DNA of 64,000 bases from NCBI RefSeq assembly GCF_006345805.1, contig NC_043008.1, forward strand, positions 48,484,001-48,548,000. The letters are read 5' to 3'. Positions 53,096 to 64,000 of the stretch are shown in pieces (the stretch's first letter is position 1; every line of letters starts with the position of its first letter). Made by a program: the position numbers and the translations under genes. Below the pieces are notes generated by a model. The model ran no database searches. It saw only the letters and a list, made by a program, of their open reading frames with translations, and had not been told where the DNA came from. The DNA is from Octopus sinensis (Eukaryota).

Positions 53096-55679
53096 TTAAA
53101 CATATTCCAAGCTATTTCTCTGGTGGAGACTAAAGCTACTGCAATGTATGAAACCCTCTGTATCTCTAGCATGTCTCTCTGGGTCACAAGCATTTCACCC
53201 CTTCGTCTGCATGCTTCACTTGAATGGGACGATGAGGACAGAATTAGCCATCACCTACAGAAGGGCTCTATTTGCAGTCCACAACCACCTGGAACTGGTC
53301 TTAGTTGCTTTGGGTCTCACTTTGGATGCTTTCTTCACATTTATACAAAGAAAATATTTTTTAAATAAAAAAAAATATTTTTAAAATTCTTCCATTCTTA
53401 TCTAATGCATTACAGACCATGACTCCTATTTATTTCCTTAGGTAAATTGATAGCAAAGAAAGGGGATGGTCAATAGATGCAATAAATATGTTCTCTACAC
53501 TCTAAACCAGTGTTTCTCCAACTGCAATATTCATTACAGACAAATAGAAGTACTGAGTGAAAGCTACATTCCCAAACTGAGTTAATCTAAAGGAATCATT
53601 AAATAATTGTTATCTAAAATGATGAAAATCAAATTATTAATAAGTCATTGTACATATTGCAACAATTAGAAAATAGCCAAGATTTGCAGACAGGAAATAG
53701 TCTTAATTGATGACATATCCAAAGAAGGGTTTAGTTCTCTTGCAGAAGAAAGGAAAACTCTAAAGACATTGCTTTTAACCTAAAATATGAAGCTGGATTT
53801 AACAAGAAACTGTTAAGAGCATTAAAAAAGATTACTTCCAAGAATAATGTACTGGGTGCTTTATCTGTGACATTGGCACTAATCAGGTCACCAACTTGTA
53901 AGACATGGGTGAGAGTATAATAGAGAGTGAGGTAGTTTTATGCCAGGTGGTGAAAGAGAGACAGGCAAAGGTGTCTTGCTATAGAGGAGCTACATGGTTA
54001 CCCTGCACTACAAGGGTGAGTAGGAGTAGCTGGAAAGAAAAAGATATCTGTGACAACAGAGAGTACTGTCAAGATAGAAGAAAGTGAGTATATGAGAGAA
54101 TACAGAGCATGAGAAAGTGGGTGCTGGATTAAATTCATGAGAGCAACAGATGCTGGAATATCTAGGAAACACTGTTGATAGCCTAGAGTGGTTCTATGTG
54201 ACATGATTATACTATAATGAATCAGTTCAGTTGAAATGCAGCTTAAATTGATCATAAAGACTAAATATACACAGCTATAACCATTAAACACACCTCAAAG
54301 AAAACAGCTTAAAGAAGAACACAAAAATTTGATCATAAATTTGTTTTTTCTACACTTTTTAATTAAATATTGACAACAAAAAAAAAGGACATTAAAGATT
54401 TTCACATAAAAGTTTTTAATTCCAACAAGTCTGATTAGAGATGACCCAACTCATATCATTAAATGATCTTTTTCTAATTTCCTCTTTTACCCTTCAATAA
54501 CTACCCCTCAATAATAGATTTTGGGCCTGAATTTCTTTGAAAACCAGAAATGCTGTTATCATACTGATTTTTTTTTCCTTTTGTTTTTTTAAATTTCCAA
54601 TTTACTTTTGTATAAAATGAATATTCGTTACCTCCAAATAATCATAAGATCAGCTACTGTCAGGTAAAGGGCTATAGCTGACAATGTAAACCAGTATATA
54701 ACTGGTATTTAATTTATTGATATGGCAAAGAGGCATTGGAGATGAGAAGAGAGAAGCAGCCGAATAGTTTCAGTAGTCCAACAATGGTCTACTCTCAAAA
54801 ATTCTCTGCAAGTCTAACAATGGTCTATTTTCAGAAATTATTCTTAAGGCCTTCATTGTTCAAAACTAATTTAACCAAACAAAAAAATATAACAATTAGA
54901 AGAAAAAAACTGTGAACAGCTGCAGTTTTGATGATTATTTTTCATTCTATTCAAACAGTTTGAGGGTGGGAATCAAATTTTCTTCACTTTTCCAAAGACA
55001 CACACACACACACACTACTGGTTCATTTTGCTTGTTTTTTTCTTTCCTCCTTCAGATTACCATGATGAATGAAAGAGTATTACAAATCTTGACCACAATT
55101 TTATAAAGTACGCCTGATAATTGCTTTCTACCTTTATTATTTTGTTATTGTTTTTTTTTTTATCTTCATCATTAGTTTGTAGTCTCAGATAATGACGGGT
55201 TGTTCTGGTTGTTATTTAGTTGGAAATATTTGCATAATTATCTTCTGTTTCCAGTATGAAGTGGTAGAGAAGATGAATATTTCCATTTCCAGCTGTTTTA
55301 ACTTGAGCAAATAAAGATGATTTTGTTTTCCTTTTCCTTATAAGTTAATCCAGGAAAAGAGGGGCACAACCCACAGGGCTTTGCAAGCCCTTCTAAACTG
55401 GTGAGACCACTGCAGTCAATGTAACCTGGACATTGACAACAATAACAACAGCATAATGGATGAGTGAGGAGTTTAAGTGTAAATGTGTTTGTGTATGCAA
55501 AAAATAACACCTGAAAACAATTGTTGGTTATGTCAATTGAAAGGTAGCAGGGTTAGAAACCAGAAATAATCAGATAAATTCACATTATGCTGTTAGCAAC
55601 CAACTTGAAAATGTAGAGCAATGGATAAATATATAAAGAGAGAAGGAAAAAGATTTTGTAAGACAACATCACCATCGCT

Positions 55680-56100
55680 ATTTTAAACATATACTTTTCC
55701 ATGCTGGCACAGATTAAAAGGAATTTGTCAAGGCAGATTTTCTATGACCAGATGCCCTTCCTGATGCCAGACTTTACTTGTTTCCAAATAAGATATTTCC
55801 CTGAGGTTGGACATTTTCATAGAGGATTGGAAACAAGTAAAACAGCAACACTCATTTACAATCGTCAGATGATTTCAACACACACACGTGCACACACACC
55901 CACACACTTATATACAATGGGCTTTCTTCACTTTCCAACTACCAAATCCACTCACAAGGATTAGATTGGTCTGGAACAATACTAGATGTTTGCTCAAAGT
56001 GTCATGCAGTGGGACTGAACTGAAAACCATGCGGTGAGGGAGCAAACTTCTTGTTCACACAACTTCTTGTTCACACAAACTTCTTGTTCACACAACCATG
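55680..56100 (-). mobile_element. SINE family A head with family C tail; includes a 17-bp triplication at 56043-56095
   Basis: ttttccatgctggc...gatgcccttcc...atgggctttcttcactttcc...cagtgggactgaac; (aacttcttgttcacac)x3. Confidence 0.85.
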
Positions 56101-56169
56101 AAATCAGTTTGAGGATATTGTATTAGAAAGAAAAATACTAAGTTTAGGAAAATCTGATTATTATTCCTT

Positions 56170-56357
56170 TTATTCTTTTACATGTTTCCGTAATTTGACT
56201 GTGTCCATGCTGGAGCACCACTTTTAGTCAAACAAATCAACTCCAAGACTTATTCTTTGTGAGCCTTGTACTTATTCTATTTGTCCCTTTTGCCAAAGTT
56301 ACGGGGACGTAAATACATTGACATTGGTTGTCAAGTGATGGTGGGGGGACAAACACA

Positions 56358-56397
<40 letters not shown>

Positions 56398-56552
56398 ACC
56401 AACTACTTTCAGTTTCCATCTACCAAATCCACTCACAAGGCTTTGGTCGGCCTGAGGCTATAGTAGAAGACACTTACCCAAGGTGCCATGCAGTGGCACT
56501 AAAAGCAGAACCATGTAGTTGGGAAGCAAGCTTTTTACCACACACCCATGCC
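56170..56552 (-). mobile_element. SINE family A, near full length
   Basis: gactgtgtccatgctggagcacc...gacttattctttgt...gttacggggacgtaaa...taccaaatccactcacaaggctttggtcggcctgaggctatagtagaagacac. Confidence 0.9.
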
Positions 56553-58484
56553 TGATTCATGCTCAGATTTTAAAGAAAAGTTTTAAAAGTTCTGAAAGAC
56601 AACTTGAATTTTATTAGAAAAATTAGAATTGTCAATGGTATGAAAGGTGAAACAAAAAGTAAGTCCAACAGCATAAATTAAAACTATTTATAGCTTTTAA
56701 TATAATTTTAAGAATCAGTGTAACTGCTTGTATTAAGTTCCATTAGTCCTTATAAATAGACAACATTATGAACTTGGAACAGGTTAACAATTTGTGCCAT
56801 TAGCAGGACAGAAAAGATCATTACGGGTCAGTTAAATGAAAGCTCCCTTTCAACACTACCTAAAATATTGGTGTTTCGAGTTTATACAATATGGAGAGGT
56901 TTTGGAGGTAAGAGAAGAGTTTACAAACAGATCTGCTTGTTGGCTGAGTTATGTACCATTAATTCTAGACACACCTAACAAAATATGCAGATATAGAGCA
57001 GAGGTTCCTTAATTTCAGCTACAAATTTGGTTTCCAACATAATGTAAATATACACTGTACAGATTAATGTTACTGCAAAAATGAAATATTTTTATAAATA
57101 AACAAGCATAGGTGCACACGAGAAAAAGTGGACATTAAATCTATATACACACATGGACATTCAAATTTGGTATTAATAATGTAGTCTCTTTAATGCAAAA
57201 TCTAATTTCATTTAAAAGATGTCAACCCATCCCCCTCAACTCACCCCACACAACTCTTTTCTATAAAAGATTTATTGTTACCAAAGAGTAATTCCCAAAA
57301 CTCTAAAGAAATAGTTTTTAAAAAGTAAGTTGTCTTTTATTAGCACTTCAACAATTGCTCTTATCAGGAGTGTAAAAATTTCTATTAGTTAAAATTTCTA
57401 TTAGTCTCATCAACCAGTAAATGAAAAGTGACTAAAAATAAACAAATAAAAAACATCTTCAAAATCCTGAAAGCATGTCATGAAAATCAATGAAAAGTAA
57501 ATAATTCTAGAGAAGTTTCAAGACAGTACTCTTTGGTCTAACAGTTACTTTACAGCCACTCCTTACTGTTAATGAGTTTTACTTCTTAATTTTCTCATAA
57601 ATCTTCTAATGAAATGCAAAGTAGGTTCTCCATTAATGCAGCACATATGCACACTTAATAGAACAAAGATATACATACGTATATACACACATTTCTATCA
57701 GGCCTTAACCTAAACCAGTCTAAGTGCGAGTAAATATTTTCAGTAGACGATGGTTGCCAGGAATAGTGGTGGCAAGAGAATGAGAATTGAATGTGTATTT
57801 ACATTAGTAGATAGATATGCAGATATTTTCATTTAGGCTTTTGAGAAGCACTAAAAGCCTTTCATTGAAGACTAGAAATTCAGTAAATAACTGGTATATT
57901 TATTTATTAATTTGTTTTAAAAAGAGCAGAAATCTAAATTATATCATGAATTTGCCCAAGGCCCATGTTTGTTAGGAAAAAATGGAAGAATATTATGTTT
58001 CTCCAAGACTTAGTTTAAAATAAGCAACAGTCCATTGTTTTAAAGCTGAAAACAAAAAGTCATGATTACAGTGAAAATATTTTATTTATTTTCAGAAAAA
58101 AATTTATGTTGCCATAAAAAATAAAACACTTCATCTTTTCTTTTTTCCAAAATTTTAGTTGACAATTATATTTCAAGACTATAAGAAAGAGGTCCTATTG
58201 TTCCTTGTTCTCATTTGGTAAATAACATGTCCATATTTACCAAACATCTGGTAAATAACGATACATTTAGATTCCTTAACCCACCCCAATCTCTCTCTCT
58301 GGTTGCCAATCTAATCCTCAAATTGCCAGACATTCATTGCCTATGAAGCATCTATACACTTCAGAATGAACATTAAGGATTTTTGCTAACTTTAGAGCAA
58401 TCCAATCCCTTAAACTTAATCAATAACAGACATTACGTCTGATCAGTTGAAAATGAAATGCTTTTTAAAGTAATTTTTTATCTT

Positions 58485-58689
58485 TCATTTTTTACTTGTT
58501 TCAGGCATTAGACTGTGGCCATGCTAGGGCACTGCCTTGAAGTATTTTTAGTTGACCCTAATACTTATTTTCTTGTTAAACCTTGTACTTAAATTTTATC
58601 AGTCACTTTCGGCGAACCACTAAGTTATAGGGATGTAAAAACACTAACACCAGTTCTCCAACAGTAGTGGGGGGCAGACACACACATAC

Positions 58690-58732
<43 letters not shown>

Positions 58733-58890
58733 AGACAGGGCTTCTTTCAGTTTCTATCTATCAAGATCACTCATAAGGCTTTGGTCAACCCAAGCTTATA
58801 GTAGAAGACACTTGTCCAAGGTTCCACACAGTAGGACTGAACTCAGAACCATGTGGTTGGGAAGCAAACTTCTTACTGCACAATCACAAC
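58485..58890 (-). mobile_element. SINE family A, near full length
   Basis: Same layout as 3658-4067. Confidence 0.88.
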
Positions 58891-60553
58891 TAATTTTATC
58901 ATTTTATACTATGCATTTCAGTAGCTACAGTCCACCACATCACATCACACATTAGCCTATGAGATTTTAAACTAACCTAGAAATAATGAAGTGATCAAAA
59001 TATATAAACCAATACAAGAAACAAGCGTTTTCTCTCTCTCTCTCTCCCTCCTTTCATTCAACACTTTTAGTTAACACATATACAGACCTCTACACATTCT
59101 GTTTGTTTACACATAAAAACTCTTCAAGATACACAAACTAAAAACTGCATCCTACTCCGACATTCTAGAACTTTCAATACCTGCCAGGATTAAAATCTCC
59201 AAAATACACCAGATTTTTTTTTTATATAAACAAAACCCAATCCACATTTCTCTCTTTACCACTTCATTTCTAAAAGCAAGAACATTCTAACAAAATAATG
59301 TTCTTACTCTCTGTTAATTGCTTCTCTTGCAGCCACAGTTCCACCATTTTTCTACTTATTTCACAAATCAAATCTCTATTTTCAACATGTCACAAATAAA
59401 AGAAAACTACTAAAAAAATGAGACAAAATGTTTTGGGGACAGTAGAACAACATGTAACAATGGTGCATGGGACAGATGAATCCTCATGGAGGAGAACACA
59501 CTCTAAGATCACTTTGGAAGTGATGGGGCCATATTTCTAGTTAGGAGATCTACCAAAGAGAGAAGTTGTCAGGAGTCCTTTACTTTATTGTAGGAGGAAG
59601 TGACATTATCTGCACTGCCCCTGTTATCTTATGGGTGAATCCAAGGGTAGTAAGTGACATATCCTGTTCCTGTGAGTCAAGTGAATCCAGAAAGGCAAAA
59701 AGTTGAAGAAGTACATCCTGTGAGGAAAACCTGATTGGAATGGCTTGCTTTATGGTGATTTCCAACAGACTAGATTTCCAGCAACTTCCTGTACACCTAG
59801 GAGGAGGTACCAGTCACCTGGAATCATTTTTGCCACTGCTTCTAACTCCCTCACAATAAAGACAGAGATACAGGGAAACATGACAGTCCTCACCCTAATG
59901 CCACTATAAGGCTTCATTGCCCAGGAACGTTCTCCTGAAGATATACAGAAGCATAAAGCATTTACGATTCTCTGGTTGCTCAAATGACTGTGTCTTTCAT
60001 TGCTACAGCATTTTAAGAAATACAGCTATGAAAGATTCTGCATTTGAAGGAAAAGATGGCCAGCATTAAATCTGATGGGTAATTAGAAGCAAGTATATGA
60101 TTATGTGTGTGCATATGTATGTATGTATACGTTTTATATATATTTGTACATAGGGTAAAAAGTGTTTGAGAGCTGTGGTTTCTTTGGTTTGTTTGTTCCC
60201 AAACAACACTTATTCAAGCGCTGTTGACACCGCCGGATTGAATGGTACTGCCCAGGTGTCAAAACCATAATGATATCCGTGGGGCAGCTGATGATGAGGG
60301 CATATTGGATTGTTGGTATAGCTGTGGAATAGTATTATAACACATCCTTTTGATATATATATATTAGTAGCACTCAACTTTGTTTTAAGTAGGACTTTTT
60401 TTATTACGGTTATTTACCAACATCAGGTTTGTAGAATTCTCTACCATTGGACTTCTATGGACTTTCACATTACTATGAAGCCCTAGCTAAGCTCTGAATT
60501 ATTTCTAAGCTAGCATGACAAGAAGTTGAAAATAAACTGGGAGCCTTTTTGAT

Positions 60554-60725
60554 GGTTTATTTTTAAAAGCTTAACTGGTTTCACAGATTTTTCTGATTTT
60601 CAAAAGTAAGATAAAAATATGTGGGGCAAGACAGTTGCAGCATAGTCCCACATTTTTCTATCTCACTTAACTTTTGAAAATCAGAAAAATTTGAAGAAAC
60701 TGGTTAAGCCTTTAAAAATAAACTA
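60554..60725. repeat. Near-palindromic fold-back (arms about 75 bp, loop about 19 bp); probable MITE
   Basis: ggtttatttttaaaagcttaactggtttcacagatttttctgattttcaaaagt...atgtgggg is matched by the reverse complement of tcccacat...acttttgaaaatcagaaaaatttgaagaaactggttaagcctttaaaaataaac. Confidence 0.85.
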
Positions 60726-61342
60726 GTGAGTTTTTGACTTCTTACATAAACACACACACACACACCTTATGCTTGTATTCTGACATTTTATTTTGTGCGT
60801 TTAACAAAACTGGTTTTAATGTAATTGCAAAGTAACCTTTCTAACCACATGGCCATGCTTACACTCCACTGTATCAATGATTATCTTGCAAAGGGGAGTA
60901 AATCCTAAATATAAAATAATAATCATAAACTCACCAACATATACTTCCTCAGAAGACTCAATTTCAAACTGAACAGTAAAATTTTCACCATTCGTTAAAA
61001 AAACAACAAAAGACTAATAAAAACTCATCTAAATTTGTAATACTTAGTTATTTGCTCTTCATTTTACATTAATCTTATCGTTTACAAGATTAATTATTGA
61101 AAATTTATTTTAAAAAACAATTCCTTGAAGTGAATAGAACAACATGATAGAATTCATAGACTTTCCATCCAATTACAGCAGCTACAAATGTAAAGGAAAT
61201 GAGTTCCAGGTTTAGTAAAGCCAACAGTAACAGTCTAGCAACATACAGAAATTAATGAAAACCAATTACCAAAAAAGAGAAAAAGAAAAAAGTTCCTTGA
61301 AATATTATCTTCCTCTATCAGAGAACTCCTCCCTGACACCAT

Positions 61343-61373
<31 letters not shown>

Positions 61374-61940
61374 CATCATAATTTTATCATAATTTCTAAT
61401 CTATATCAGTTTATGTTTGCATGCTTTGGCCTTAAAAACTACTATTTATACACCCAGCTGTTGTTTCTTGGTTATCAAACATGCTAAAGGAAGAAGATAA
61501 TAAAAACAACATAGATAATGATGTAAAATGGAAATAAATAGGTGAGGGAAAACTGTGATATACCTTGATATGTGGGACATAGGTATGAAGAGAATACTGG
61601 AGGCAAAGAAAAAACAAAAATCTCAAGACAGCAAGTAACTTACAAAGCCCTGTTCAGTCTAAAAATGGCTTTTCTTCAAGTAACATGGACATGATGAATT
61701 TGCATTACAAAAGAACGTGTAGAATATGAAAGGTCCTCACTTTTGTGAGACACTGTTAGCTGCTATCTTTTAAAGGATTTGGTCTGGAAGAAGGGGCTGT
61801 ATCCATAGTTTTAGCAGGCCTCTTAGAAAAAATGTGTATTTATCATACTAGCTCATCACACACACACCCTTTTAATCAATAGTTATAATATATAAACTTA
61901 TATATAATGATTTGATCTAAAATGCCAAGAACTGATGTGA

Positions 61941-61942
<2 letters not shown>

Positions 61943-61981
<39 letters not shown>

Positions 61982-62095
61982 TGTGTGTGCATGCATGTAT
62001 GCACGTGTGTGTGCATGCATGTTGTGTGTGTATGAATGTGTGCCAGAATGTGTGTGTGAATCTGTATGTGTATGTGAATGTGTGTGGGTGTATGC
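61943..62095. repeat. Complex (TG)n/(TGCA)/(TGTA) microsatellite
   Basis: Direct reading. Confidence 0.95.
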
Positions 62096-62734
62096 ATTCA
62101 AGAATCTCTTACATCCACATCTACTTAACTAAACAGCCAACAAAGTCTTAATCAATAGAGATTATTATCCTCCATTGATACTTTTGTAGTCAGTTTTAGA
62201 CAGAAAATAATGAGCAGCAACCAAATAGGTTTAGGCAGCAACAAGAGTCCATTTAAAATTGTTAAATGTATAAAGATGAAGCAATTTTGGAAAGCAGAAT
62301 GTCTAACTATTCAATAATTGGTTGTGTACATGAAATATGCCTAACAAATCAATTAATACAGCTCAATCAATAGGTCAGCAATAATTTGGTTAACCAAAGC
62401 CATTTCAAAACACTATGCAATATTGATATTCCTATCTTTTTCAATTTCTCTTTCTGTACAAATCCATTTATTTTTCAAGTGCTTTCACTCATCAAAACTG
62501 TGGCCATACTGTAGCACCATCTTCTGGATATTGACTCAAATATGAATTTTACAGAGTTTTACAAGACTGGAAATCAAAGCAGCTCTCAGTAGGGTTTAAA
62601 CTTGGAACATAAATGGTGGAACCAAATATCACATAATATCCAATCCAACGCTCTACCAATTCTGCCATCCATCTGCAATGTATGGATCGTGTATGTATGT
62701 GTGTGAGTGCAAGCACATGTGTGTGTGTGTATAG

Positions 62735-63180
62735 GAACAATCCTGGTTATGTGCTTAAGAAGTTTGCTTCCCAACCACATGGTTTCAGATTCAGTCCCAC
62801 TGCAAAGCACCTTGGCCAAGGGTCAACTACAGATGCAGGCCAACCAAAAACTTGTGAGTGGATTTAATAGACTGGAAACCAAAAGAAGCCCATCGTGTGT
62901 GTGTATGTGTAAATTTCAGTGTGCATATGTTTGTATCTCCTTACCATTACATAGTGTGACAGTTGTAAATGAGTATCCCTGTCATACAAGCAGTGTCATT
63001 AATATCCAATATACTGTGAGAACAGTCTGGCCATGGGGAAATATTACCTTACTTGGAAAAGATGGTAAGGATGGGCAATAGGAAGGGCATCCGGCCATAG
63101 AAAATCTGCCTCAATAAACTCCATCCGACTCACGCAAACATGGAAAAGTAGCCATTAAAACATTGACGATGATGATGATA
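62735..63180 (+). mobile_element. SINE family A head with family C tail
   Basis: ccaaccacatggtttcagattcagtcccactgc...aaagaagcccatcg(tg)n...ggaagggcatccggccatagaaaatctgcc...(gat)n. Confidence 0.88.
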
Positions 63181-63275
63181 TATTGGTCATATATTGACCA
63201 TCACAGAGAAGTGGATTATTATGTTAAATTCAAGTATTTTATATTTTACATAGATTTACAACTACATCAGTTTAA

Positions 63276-63406
63276 CCCTGTGGCATTTAAACTGACCACA
63301 TCAGGCTGAAATACTGTGCCTGATTTTTGTTCAAAGTAACCAGATCCAGCCCTTCACACTAACCTAATCATGAAAATCTTTTTAGAGTAATTTGAATGCT
63401 AAAGGG
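63276..63406. mobile_element. piggyBac-type MITE (second family, short copy)
   Basis: TTAA|CCCTGTGGCATTTAAACTG ... GAATGCTAAAGGG|TTAA. Confidence 0.75.
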
Positions 63407-64000
63407 TTAAAGTCAGATGGAGACCAATTCCATTACTGGCAGCTGATGGAAACTTGCTGCTGGTGACCATATAATCCAGCACCACCTGCTTATGCTTGAG
63501 TGGTCAGTGACAAAAGCAGTAACATTAAAAAAGAAAAAAACTGTTAAAAGGATAAGGAAGCCTAATGAAACACTTGAAGAGAAGTGGTTATATCAGTATT
63601 TATTTCCAGACCTGTCTGATTGGGGCCCAAGTAAACCTAAGAAGCAGAGGATTGGCAAAAGATTGGTAAAAAAAACAAAAAAATACATTTATGTGAATCA
63701 ACAACATAAACATACTTTGGGAAGGACTTAAATCAATAAAATCTTTAAATTTTTCCATACTTTAAAATTCCTGATTTATTAACTTGTGATAGCAAACTTT
63801 GTGCCCTTCTCACTTGTTTTAATATAATCTGGGGATTGATATTACAGCATTGATAACATAATTTGGATATCGATATTAGGTATTATAATTTGAAACAGAG
63901 AAGATCATCAGACTTAGGGTTGGGACTCACACCACACACATCTATATCTTACAACATTGCAACAGTTTTGGAGATATTGACAAATGCCATCTTTGTCTAC

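Noticed and set aside
53072-53384. 98-aa and 78-aa + strand ORFs
   Set aside because: The first begins inside a piggyBac MITE end; no splice or homology support.
59440-59990. GC-elevated island with two short ORFs and a possible 41-nt exon (59894-59934)
   Set aside because: No recognisable motif, and frames are inconsistent across the island.

Overview
AT-rich, repeat-dense animal DNA. The SINE sequences closely match families I recall from octopus genomes, so the source is probably a coleoid cephalopod (inference; no search was run). There is no intact long CDS, rRNA, tRNA gene or CRISPR array. The + strand is A-run rich, and the strongest polypyrimidine/AG and GT(R)AG signals lie on the - strand. 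This suggests most of the window is intronic sequence of a large minus-strand gene, for which only a few candidate exons can be proposed and no product named. Well-supported features are: a complete but decayed 1.2 kb Tc1-type transposon with DD36E (Incomer-like) spacing, a fold-back mariner built from two 5' ends, a degenerate R4/Dong-clade non-LTR retrotransposon, TTAA-flanked piggyBac-type MITEs, many tRNA-derived SINEs, and a 28-bp minisatellite with a 166-bp higher-order repeat that grew inside a SINE-like element. The most notable hidden signal is a type I hammerhead ribozyme motif on the - strand at 2072-2147. Coordinates of degenerate repeats are approximate.
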